Position numbers and translations under genes: made by a program. Of a stretch of DNA of 32,000 nt, positions 1 to 7,948 are shown one piece after another. Origin of the DNA: an uncultured archaeon (GTDB taxonomy: Archaea; Asgardarchaeota; Thorarchaeia; Thorarchaeales; Thorarchaeaceae); NCBI GenBank assembly GCA_964354495.1, contig CAYHAA010000001.1, positions 487,049 through 519,048 of the forward strand. The letters are read 5' to 3'. Within the stretch, counting starts at the first letter, position 1. Every line of letters starts with the position of its first letter. Below the pieces are notes generated by a model. It had not been told where the DNA came from, ran no database searches, and was given only the letters and a program-made list of their open reading frames with translations.

Positions 1-1197
1 TACTACACTGCCACTTTGCTCAATAGCACTTATGTCATCGACGACTACACTGTCAAATTCAAATTAAACTATCCAAGCACATCTTTCACTTGGCACCTTG
101 GCAACATAGCTGGATATATACCGAGTCCCACAGCAATAGAAACATACGGAATAGATAACATCAACGATCACCCAGTTGGAACAGGACCATTCAAGTTCGT
201 AAGCAGAGTCCCTGACCAAGAGGTAGTTGTTGAGGCAAACAGAGACTGGTGGCAACTGAACCATGGTGAGGTAATCACGGTGGACGAAGTCATTTGGACT
301 CAGGTTGCTGACGCAGCAACGCTAGCCATAGCTCTCCAAAATGGCGAAGTTGATCTTATGGATGGAAGATTGAACAATGAAGACTATCACCTTCTCTCAG
401 CGAATCCCAATCTCGTACGATACGATATTAGCTCTTCGAGTTCTCGTCGCTGGCTGACATTCACCATGAATGATACAGTGTGGGATGTCTTCCCCAACAA
501 GACCATGAGACAGGCATTCGCCTACGCCATTCCGTATGATGAGATAATCGAAGTTGGTCTTTCAGGATACGGTCAGAGACAGTATAGCTTATTGGCACCA
601 GAACACCCGAATTATATGCCAGTCGGAGAGAAATACGAATATAACACAACTAAGGCACTTGAGCTCATTGCAGAAGGGGGATTCACTCCTCCAGTAGCGG
701 TCACTCTTCATATCACTCCTACGCACTATGGCGTTTCCGAGGTTAACATTGCTGCTCTCATAAAAGAACGCGCTCTGCCTGCTGGATTCGATGTGAGCAT
801 TGTGCAGGAGGAATATACTTCCTTCAAGACACGGTATCAGAAAACTAGTGAACAGGAAATGTGTCTATGGTCTTGGGCGGCGAATCCAGAAATAGTATGG
901 TTCGATATGTTTATGAGATCGAACACATGGGGTCCTGGATACTCAGAGGCTCTTGGTGGTGATATGGCAGTCCTCTACCCGTATGTTGATGACCTAATAA
1001 CTGAAGCGACAGGAACCACAAACTCTACCCGATATAGTGAGATCTGCGTCGAGCTTCAGGAATTGTGGGCTGAATGGTTGCCTAACATTTGGATTTGGAG
1101 AGAAGTCACGTATCGGTTTGCTAGAAGCAATATTCAAAATCTGGTCTATGGCCCTACGTTCTACGTCTACCATCTTCACGATGTTATAAAAACCTGA
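1..1197 (+). CDS. ABC transporter substrate-binding protein, family 5 (peptide/nickel; OppA/DppA-like), 5'-truncated by window edge
   Basis: Frame 1 is open from base 1 (YYTATLLNST...). Contains VIDDYTVKFKL, PVGTGPFKF, EANRDWW, ALQNGEVD and RQAFAYAI motifs typical of SBP_bac_5. Several N-x-S/T sequons (NST, NDT, NKT, NTT) fit an exported archaeal glycoprotein. Confidence 0.92.
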   Translation, partial: YYTATLLNSTYVIDDYTVKFKLNYPSTSFTWHLGNIAGYIPSPTAIETYGIDNINDHPVGTGPFKFVSRVPDQEVVVEANRDWWQLNHGEVITVDEVIWTQVADAATLAIALQNGEVDLMDGRLNNEDYHLLSANPNLVRYDISSSSSRRWLTFTMNDTVWDVFPNKTMRQAFAYAIPYDEIIEVGLSGYGQRQYSLLAPEHPNYMPVGEKYEYNTTKALELIAEGGFTPPVAVTLHITPTHYGVSEVNIAALIKERALPAGFDVSIVQEEYTSFKTRYQKTSEQEMCLWSWAANPEIVWFDMFMRSNTWGPGYSEALGGDMAVLYPYVDDLITEATGTTNSTRYSEICVELQELWAEWLPNIWIWREVTYRFARSNIQNLVYGPTFYVYHLHDVIKT

Positions 1198-1223
1198 TAA
1201 CCTGAATTCAAAGGCACTTAGCC

Positions 1224-1259
1224 ATCTGGAAGCAAAACTGCTTCCAGATACTTTTTTTT
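1224..1259 (+). terminator. Hairpin plus oligo-T terminator after the SBP gene
   Basis: Perfect 10-bp stem ATCTGGAAGC(1224-1233)/GCTTCCAGAT(1240-1249), 6-nt loop, followed by T8 (1252-1259) and further T-rich sequence. Confidence 0.75.
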
Positions 1260-1680
1260 CTTTCGTTTTTGATATTTCTTATATTCGAGTAATATTCCAT
1301 TTCCAAAGCTTTCGGTGCTTATTCTAAACTAGCTGTATGAAATCGAAGAAAACACGTGAATCAACGCTAGTCTATGCTACTGTAATCAAAAACAGATTGC
1401 TCTTTAGAACTCAATATCCGCAACAATCCGCTGTAGCATTACTTAGCGAAGAACCCATACCGTGAAATATAGCTGAGTTCTTCCAGTCGGCTTTCGGTTT
1501 GCACTTTAGTGCATTCCGTGCACTACACGGAGCCACATGATTTGTCTACACAACTGCGCACATTTCAAGAACTGCTTTGGCCTTGAGGATTTTCATATTC
1601 ATTGAGTACTTGTTTGGTTTTGAGCACTATGAAGCATTTGCTTACACAACATCATGATTAATCAAGAAAGCCGCTAGGCA

Positions 1681-2898
1681 CTACATTTGGTGTACTACAC
1701 TTCCTTCTTTCATGACCAATTGAACATTTCGTAGATGCTGAAGATCCAAGAAGGGTTCGCCCCTTACGACTATTAAATCCGCAATTTTCCCGACTTCGAT
1801 GGTTCCTATTTTGTTCTCCATTCCCAATGCCTGTGATGCAACTCCGGTAGCTGCTGCTATGGCTTCGAGCGGTGTCATACCGCCTCTAGTCATAAGCTGA
1901 AGTTCCTCAACGAATCCATCAAAGGTCACATAAGACCAGCCTGCATCGTCTCCAGCACCAATCCTAACTCCCAAGTTTTTCAAATGCCCAAGAGTTTCGA
2001 GTTTATTTTGGAAGTAGGGCCAATACTTGCGATAGTCGTTCGAATCCTCTGCTAGGTGCGCAAAGCGGGTATAGGTTGCTCTCATAGTGAAGTGCACTAT
2101 TATTCTCGAATCTGCGATTCTTTTTCCGATTTCAGGGTGGTACTTCCCATCGCGATCGCTTGGGTGCTTGAGTCCCACATGGGCTAATTCATCTATGCCT
2201 GATTCTACGGCATTCAAGACCCCCTGTCGTCCGGCAGCATGTGCCACGACTCTCCTTCCTAGGTTATGTGCCTCGTCTACAATCGCTTTAAGCTCTTCCA
2301 CAGAGAATGAAGGATACATACCATCTGTCCCTGGAGTACCGCCACCAGTCGCGATAACCTTAATGAAATCCACACCTTCCCTCTGTACAAGGCCCCTTAC
2401 AGCTTTTCTCAGTTCAGTTGTTCCGTCGCATTCTATAGCCATGTCCCTTCCATGACCTCCTGTTGTTGTCAAAGGTCTGCCACAAACGAACAGCCGAGGT
2501 CCACTCCATACCCCATCATCCATTGCCTTCTTGAGGTCTAAAGTTGTGCGATTGCGACCACCACAGTCTCTGATAGTTGTGACTCCAGCACGGAGTGCCG
2601 TTCTTGCATTGTTTTCCGCCTTTAGTGTCAAGATGTTGTCAGAGTCATCCCTCATATGTTCAATGAAGCGCCCGTCTGGTGTGCCCGTGAGATGCGCATG
2701 CAAATTGATCATGCCTGGGAGAATAGTCCCATCAGAAAACTCGACCTTCTGAGCGCCCTGGGGGGGGATTTCAGAAAGTCCACTGCTAACCTCTATTATC
2801 TTTCCGTTTTCGATAGTCACGATAGGATCTCTAATAGGCTTAGAGCCCGTCCCATCAAGAAGATATTTCGCCTTCAGTGCTATCAAGATTATTACCAT
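1681..2898 (-). CDS. Metal-dependent amidohydrolase (imidazolonepropionase / Xaa-Pro dipeptidase-like TIM-barrel)
   Basis: TILPGMINLHAH (HxH), FIKVIATGG (bridging Lys), VVAHAAG, LAHVG, GDDAG and C-terminal GTIEVGKIADL. Start is uncertain: ATG 2898, or TTG 2886 after the SD-like GGTAAT. The track's 2949 start looks too long. Confidence 0.9.
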   Translation of the reverse strand: MVIILIALKAKYLLDGTGSKPIRDPIVTIENGKIIEVSSGLSEIPPQGAQKVEFSDGTILPGMINLHAHLTGTPDGRFIEHMRDDSDNILTLKAENNARTALRAGVTTIRDCGGRNRTTLDLKKAMDDGVWSGPRLFVCGRPLTTTGGHGRDMAIECDGTTELRKAVRGLVQREGVDFIKVIATGGGTPGTDGMYPSFSVEELKAIVDEAHNLGRRVVAHAAGRQGVLNAVESGIDELAHVGLKHPSDRDGKYHPEIGKRIADSRIIVHFTMRATYTRFAHLAEDSNDYRKYWPYFQNKLETLGHLKNLGVRIGAGDDAGWSYVTFDGFVEELQLMTRGGMTPLEAIAAATGVASQALGMENKIGTIEVGKIADLIVVRGEPFLDLQHLRNVQLVMKEGSVVHQM

Positions 2899-2949
2899 TA
2901 ATATCACAGTGATACGTGTATATAAGATAGATGGACTCAAAAATAGCAT

Positions 2950-3046
2950 CGTGATACATATATATCCGATAATTAGGTCTAAAAAACGGAGATTTTAATA
3001 AATTGCGGATGAATCGCTTTCTCCCCCTGAACGGGAAGGTGATTGA
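2950..3046. promoter_or_regulatory. Divergent promoter region (amidohydrolase / SDR)
   Basis: ATATATAT run at 2958-2965, TTTAATAA at 2994-3001 preceded by an A-rich BRE-like tract, and SD GGTGAT just before ATG 3047. Confidence 0.4.
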
Positions 3047-4045
3047 ATGTCGTTCCTGATAACCGGTGCAACTGGCCTGATTGGACATTATATAATTCGT
3101 GAGCTTCTTAATGAAGACGAGAAGAATAAAATCATTGCCTATGACCTCTATCCAAATATGGAACTAATCAAGGACATCGCCGATAGGATAACGATTGTGC
3201 GCGGCGATATTCTTGACAAGACGAAGCTCGTATCCGTAGTTGAGAAGTACAGGCCGGAATACATACTACATGGAGGAGCTCTGCGATATGATGCATGTTA
3301 CGAGAATCCGACGGAATGCATCAAAATCAATTGCATTGGAACTAACAATGTCTTTGATGCCGCATTGCAGGTCAAAGCAAGAAGAGTAATCTACATGAGT
3401 AGCGGCAATATATACGGAACTGCAGATACTTATTATTGGAAGAAAGAACCTATCATCGTAGATGAAAATGATCCCTCAACATCCCTACAGCCTTATGGCG
3501 TTACTAAGTGGGTGAATGAAGCCATGGCTCATACTTACCGCATCCGACATGGACTTGACACCTTAGGATTCAGAATCACTGGCGTATGGGGCCATGGAAG
3601 GTACGGAGGGAAAGGAACAGTTGGCTTGATGAATGAGTTCATTCGAGATGTTGGTCTCGAAAAAGCCGTTGAAGTGCCCCCAACACTCATGGGAAGAGGC
3701 AACTTGACTTGGGTCTACGGGAAAAACGCAGCCAAATGGTTGGTTCAGTCCTGTTATGTTGAATCTCCCGCTCGTAGGATTTATTGCATGGGTGTTAGTC
3801 CACCATACTCATTTGGTGACGTATTGAAAATCCTAAGAAGACTTGTTCCTAATGCTAAGATTGCTTCGACTCAAGGATCATCTGATTCCGCTGAAGCGTC
3901 GAAGAATCTGGGCAAATTCGAAGGGTATGTAGATTGCGCCAGAATGTATAGGGAGCTTGGATTTAAGCAGGAGTTTGACACAGAACTAGCGATTAAGGAT
4001 TTCATAAACTCCCATCGCGAGGCTGCAAGTATGCCACCAATCTAG
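3047..4045 (+). CDS. NAD-dependent epimerase/dehydratase family protein (extended SDR)
   Basis: TGATGLIG Rossmann motif, RGDILD, catalytic Ser region (YMSSGNIYG), YGVTK (YxxxK). SD GGTGAT upstream. Confidence 0.92.
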   Translation: MSFLITGATGLIGHYIIRELLNEDEKNKIIAYDLYPNMELIKDIADRITIVRGDILDKTKLVSVVEKYRPEYILHGGALRYDACYENPTECIKINCIGTNNVFDAALQVKARRVIYMSSGNIYGTADTYYWKKEPIIVDENDPSTSLQPYGVTKWVNEAMAHTYRIRHGLDTLGFRITGVWGHGRYGGKGTVGLMNEFIRDVGLEKAVEVPPTLMGRGNLTWVYGKNAAKWLVQSCYVESPARRIYCMGVSPPYSFGDVLKILRRLVPNAKIASTQGSSDSAEASKNLGKFEGYVDCARMYRELGFKQEFDTELAIKDFINSHREAASMPPI

Positions 4046-4200
4046 GAATCCAGCACACCCATGATGATTATACTGTATGTGCTCAGGATTCTAGACAATA
4101 CTGAAATCTGTGTAGTTCCAAATGGGTCAAGAAAACACCTGCGCGATAACTGAGTAGTATTAATCACGACACCAATTTGATTCATCTCTTGAGTGACTTC

Positions 4201-4266
4201 GAAATCATGATGAGTGATATAGGAATGATTTGGAATCGAATGATTATGGTGGTCGCGATTGATTTC
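4201..4266 (+). ncRNA. Candidate box C/D guide sRNA
   Basis: C box ATGATGA 4207-4213; 11-nt guide; D' ATGA 4225-4228; C' ATGATTA 4240-4246; 12-nt guide; D TTGA 4259-4262; flanking GAAA/TTTC stem. Lies in a 227-bp gap between convergent genes. The D box is non-canonical and no target was identified. Confidence 0.3.
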
Positions 4267-4272
4267 TTTCAG

Positions 4273-5625
4273 TTATGAGGGCTTCAGGAAATCAGCTAGT
4301 ATAGCAACATTATTGCAGTTCTCCAAGGATTTCGTTATATTCTTCAACTTCTCTGCCTTCCTTTGGGAGATTGCCTTGGTTGAAAGACTCATGAATTTTC
4401 TATCAAGCTCTGTTGAGGACATATCACGTGGGCGTTTGATATAGTCGCTTTCTATTTTCGATCCATCTTTGAGCTGAATGTCAACCTTTGCCGCCATTCG
4501 ATGATCAAGCCCCATTTTGTCCAATTGCGGATCGATGTTTATATGCACTTTCTCAACCATTTTTCTAATATCTGAAGATTCTACTCTTTCCTCAGAGTAC
4601 TCATCGACGCCCAATTCTCCATCGAGTAGAAAAGCAGCTGCAGCATAGTTCATGCTCATCTGAGCAGATGATATGTTATCATAGGTCTCGCCAACATTGT
4701 TTTTCAATGCGCCACTTGTTGTATTGATAATGACTGAATCAATACTTGCCGGATTGACATCGTTTTCCGCCAGCACACCTGCAATTGCATCTGCAACTGC
4801 ATGAAAACTCGTACACATTGGGTACTTCTTCAGAACGAGGCCACTCATGAGATAAACAGATCCTAAATCCTTTGCAATTTGATCAATTGTCGGATCTGAT
4901 GAATGTGCAGAGCAAAAACCACCTTGTTTGGATTCAAAGATATCTCGAAATCCCGTGAATCCGCGTTCTGCAAGAAAGGCTGCCATCAACCCTCCTTGAG
5001 CAGACCTCGCATTCACAAGGCGCTTAGCCATGGCTTTGAATCCGTAAGTCAGCAGACCCCCAACATAGGGCCCACAAATACCCATTGCATTGACGATTCC
5101 TTCCTTATCTAAGCCCAATGATTTCGCTGTGGCTACAGCAGCTCCAAAGGTAGAACAAATCGCGGTTCCATTCCATCCATGAAAAACAGACCAACCCAGA
5201 CCACTGCGTACTCTAGCTGAGATTTCATGACCCGCTACGACTGCCGTTATCATATCTTGGCCAGTGATTGATTCTAGTTTCTCAGCAGTGGCCAGAACAG
5301 AGGTTATAACTAGAGCTCCCGGATGAATGCCAGTTGGTACATATGAGTCATCGAATTCAAAAGCGTTTACTGCGTTGGCATTAGCAAGGACTGCATTCAC
5401 ACAGGGCACTTTCTTGTTATGACCCCATATTGATGCTTCCTTCTTTCCACCCCATTCCTTGATCAATTCTGTGACTGTGGATACCCAAGAACACTTGGAG
5501 CCAAAGAGACCACACCCTAGCATATCAAGGATATCATCCTTTGCAGCCTGAACAAGCTGTTTCGGGATTTCGTTAAATTCCAATTCATATACCCAATCAG
5601 CAAGAATTTCACTAATTGTCGCCAT
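4273..5625 (-). CDS. MmgE/PrpD family protein
   Basis: AKDDILDMLGCGLFG, ANAVNAFEFDDS, IHPG, VVAGHEI, SAQGGLMAAFLAERGFTG, KKYPMC..FH and terminal LDRKF motifs. SD AGGTGA upstream. Confidence 0.92.
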   Translation of the reverse strand: MATISEILADWVYELEFNEIPKQLVQAAKDDILDMLGCGLFGSKCSWVSTVTELIKEWGGKKEASIWGHNKKVPCVNAVLANANAVNAFEFDDSYVPTGIHPGALVITSVLATAEKLESITGQDMITAVVAGHEISARVRSGLGWSVFHGWNGTAICSTFGAAVATAKSLGLDKEGIVNAMGICGPYVGGLLTYGFKAMAKRLVNARSAQGGLMAAFLAERGFTGFRDIFESKQGGFCSAHSSDPTIDQIAKDLGSVYLMSGLVLKKYPMCTSFHAVADAIAGVLAENDVNPASIDSVIINTTSGALKNNVGETYDNISSAQMSMNYAAAAFLLDGELGVDEYSEERVESSDIRKMVEKVHINIDPQLDKMGLDHRMAAKVDIQLKDGSKIESDYIKRPRDMSSTELDRKFMSLSTKAISQRKAEKLKNITKSLENCNNVAILADFLKPS

Positions 5626-5645
5626 TCATTTCACCTGGTCCGCAC

Positions 5646-5966
5646 TCATTCTTCAGGAGTAACACGCCGAATTCTAAAAACGACTGGGCGAGCAGCGTCA
5701 GGGCAGGCGTGTTCAACAACGCCATCTCTAGCCCAAGGATAATCAAATCCAGTCCGCATCGGTAGGACTTTGTGCATCATCGTGGCTAATGCGCTATAGC
5801 ATATAGTCCCCTCGATTCTGCCCTCCTTGAAGATTAGCTTATCACCAGGTTTGTAGTATCGACAGGGGCCTTTGCCTGCTGTATCTTCTCCTCTCAATCC
5901 GTGGACTGATTTCACTTCTGCTTCAACATCATATGTTTTATACCAAGGTTTTTCTTTTTTTGCCAT
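5646..5966 (-). CDS. TIGR04076-family small Cys-containing protein
   Basis: Pattern C-x3-KPGD-x-I/F...IC-x-SAL...CPD-x4-VVF-x-I-x-R recognised from this family. SD GGAGG 7 nt upstream of ATG. Confidence 0.75.
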   Translation of the reverse strand: MAKKEKPWYKTYDVEAEVKSVHGLRGEDTAGKGPCRYYKPGDKLIFKEGRIEGTICYSALATMMHKVLPMRTGFDYPWARDGVVEHACPDAARPVVFRIRRVTPEE

Positions 5967-6035
5967 TATCTTGCCTCCTGCAACTAAGGAAAAAGGCCAA
6001 AACGAAAACCGTTGGAGGCTTCCGCTGGCATTATC

Positions 6036-6878
6036 TTATTGAAAACCACCTCTCTCTAATATCCCCAGTTTGTAGACGCATGCAATGTGTCTTTTACACT
6101 GAGGGCATCCTCTCTCACATTCAATCAGGCTCTCTACATTTCCGCTTGTCTGTGCGCCCTTAATACTTGCGACAAGATTGTAGATTCTTTCAACCTCAGA
6201 GTCTTCACCCTCAACCACCATGGTTGTCGAACCCTCAGCACCTTGGATGCCGCCTGCAGCAATCACGACAGCTTTTACAGATGCCATGCTCATGATTGCT
6301 TCACGTTCAGTGAATACTTCTCCTACTATTGGTATTAGTCCCACAGCAGATCCGAAAGATTTGTCTATGGTTACTCTACCTGAAGCAAGGACGGCTTCGT
6401 GTATTGTGCCTGGTATTAGTTTCTCTAGTCCCACCGCAATTATCACTTTCGCGCCTTGTGACATAAACCCTGCAATCGCCTTGCCCGGGATGTGTCCGAG
6501 TGGTGCTGCGGCTAACATGGCGGCATCTCCGTCCACATCAATCGCATTTGCACTTGCAATGATTATATCTCCCTTTGCAAGATTCGCTACCACCTCATCA
6601 ATATCTGCATCGATATTTCTCGATTCACGGTTCTCTATAAGGACACAATGTGGCTGTTCCTGCTTCTTTAGGGTGTTCATGGTTCCCCTTGGTGAGATTC
6701 GGCCTCCGATTCTAAGTTTATACCGTAGCAATTCCTCACATATCGCGGAAACCGTAGTTCCTCCTTTGAGAACGACTTTTCCATCTCTAAGGGCAGTCTG
6801 CACGTCATTTCTAGCGACAACAGCTTTTGCAATCACCATTTTTGCTTCAGGAACAGTAAGTGTGAGCTGCAATTTCAT
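6036..6878 (-). CDS. Conserved hypothetical protein with C-terminal four-Cys motif (possible Fe-S); possibly NagB/RpiA/CoA-transferase-like fold
   Basis: Long ORF in the same-strand run with neighbours. LTVPEAK..IAKA, LKGGTT, IIASANAID, VGLEKLIP motifs; C-terminal CERGCPQCKRHIAC. Start placed at ATG 6878 after SD-like GGGGTCAT. Confidence 0.75.
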   Translation of the reverse strand: MKLQLTLTVPEAKMVIAKAVVARNDVQTALRDGKVVLKGGTTVSAICEELLRYKLRIGGRISPRGTMNTLKKQEQPHCVLIENRESRNIDADIDEVVANLAKGDIIIASANAIDVDGDAAMLAAAPLGHIPGKAIAGFMSQGAKVIIAVGLEKLIPGTIHEAVLASGRVTIDKSFGSAVGLIPIVGEVFTEREAIMSMASVKAVVIAAGGIQGAEGSTTMVVEGEDSEVERIYNLVASIKGAQTSGNVESLIECERGCPQCKRHIACVYKLGILERGGFQ

Positions 6879-6898
6879 AATAGATGACCCCAATCCGA

Positions 6899-7885
6899 TT
6901 AACTCACTTTCTTATCGACTCTGACAACTGTAATGATGTTATTCCCTGGATATGCAACTGGTGATGCTGGGACACCTAGAATGAAACCATCTTGTGGGGC
7001 ATTAATGACTTCGAGTTCATTTCCCAGGAGATCGACGATTGTTGCTAGCTGATCTCCTGATTTGACCTCCTGATTGATCCTGCATCTCTCACCAAGAAGA
7101 AGAAGGCCACCATGTCCGCATTTGATATTTGTCCCTTTTAGAACGCCCCATTCTTTTGCTGACTTGTGCTTTCCTTCAAGCATTTTGATGTATCTCATCA
7201 CATTCATGATTGCTGCGATGAATGTATCAACACTAGACGCTAGTTCATCGGGCATACGATTATTGGATCCTCCGCGCTCCAATATTACTGCTGGAATTCC
7301 TTCCACAGCACAAGAATTCAAAAGTGTATTCGGATGATGGCTCTCGTGTAGATATGGCCAATCAGGACCTATTGCTTTTCCAAGCTCAATTGACTTTGGA
7401 TCATCACTAATCATTATTCGATTAAGAAGATAAAAAAGAGCACCTCCGCCATGTAGTGAAACAACGTAATTGGAACGCTTCACTATTTTTGTGAAGTATG
7501 TGTGAACGAACACCTCTGATATTGAGCCCTTTGCATTTCCTGGAAACAGTCGATTCATATCGTAGTTATATCTCTCATCGGGATTTCCACGAGTCCCTTC
7601 CTCATATGCTCTAATGTTCAGCACCGGGACACCGATTACAGTACCTGCGACATCATTTGGATCGATATTGTTCAGTAGTTTCACTATTGCCAATGTGCCT
7701 TCTGTTTCATCACCATGGCAACATGCTTCAAGAAGAAGCGTGGGTCCGGCTTTCTTGCCATTGAGAACTATCACCGGAATTCCTAGCGGAGTTCCATCCG
7801 ATCGCGTCGAAACTTGCAGCCATGCAGAGTTTCTCTCTCCGCTCTTCTTCAACATCTGAGAAATATCTGTGATTATCATTATCAT
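6899..7885 (-). CDS. Succinylglutamate desuccinylase / aspartoacylase family (M14-like zinc deacylase)
   Basis: CHGDETEG (HxxE Zn ligands), DMNRLFPG, SLHGGG, catalytic ILERGG, C-terminal barrel-sandwich domain (GGLL...VKSGDQLATI...INAPQDGFI). Start ATG 7885 or 7879. Confidence 0.9.
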   Translation of the reverse strand: MIMIITDISQMLKKSGERNSAWLQVSTRSDGTPLGIPVIVLNGKKAGPTLLLEACCHGDETEGTLAIVKLLNNIDPNDVAGTVIGVPVLNIRAYEEGTRGNPDERYNYDMNRLFPGNAKGSISEVFVHTYFTKIVKRSNYVVSLHGGGALFYLLNRIMISDDPKSIELGKAIGPDWPYLHESHHPNTLLNSCAVEGIPAVILERGGSNNRMPDELASSVDTFIAAIMNVMRYIKMLEGKHKSAKEWGVLKGTNIKCGHGGLLLLGERCRINQEVKSGDQLATIVDLLGNELEVINAPQDGFILGVPASPVAYPGNNIITVVRVDKKVS

Positions 7886-7915
7886 TTTCCCTACAATATT
7901 GAGCGTTACACAGAA

Positions 7916-7923
7916 TATATAAA
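7916..7923 (+). promoter_or_regulatory. TATA box (TATATAAA) in divergent promoter; probable leaderless transcript for the PLP enzyme operon
   Basis: TATATAAA lies 25 nt upstream of ATG 7949, the usual archaeal TATA-to-start spacing, in a 63-bp gap between divergent genes. Confidence 0.5.
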
Positions 7924-7948
7924 GGTGATTTTTGCCAATCATTTATTC

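Noticed and set aside
2855-3088. 77-aa minus-strand ORF spanning the divergent promoter
   Set aside because: Overlaps both real genes and has no recognisable features.
4023-4096. Imperfect inverted repeat GAATCC-AGCACA...TGTGCT-CA-GGATTC after the SDR stop
   Set aside because: Large loop, bulged, and no T-tract. Not convincing as a terminator.
6220-6924. 234-aa plus-strand ORF
   Set aside because: Antisense shadow of the 6036-6878 gene. Ser/Pro/Ala-rich with no motifs.
7814-7948. 5' extension of the PLP enzyme ORF (and 7886-7942 extension of the deacylase) in the ORF track
   Set aside because: The extensions overlap head-to-head, are not protein-like, and cover the TATA box. Starts at 7949 and 7885 are better supported.
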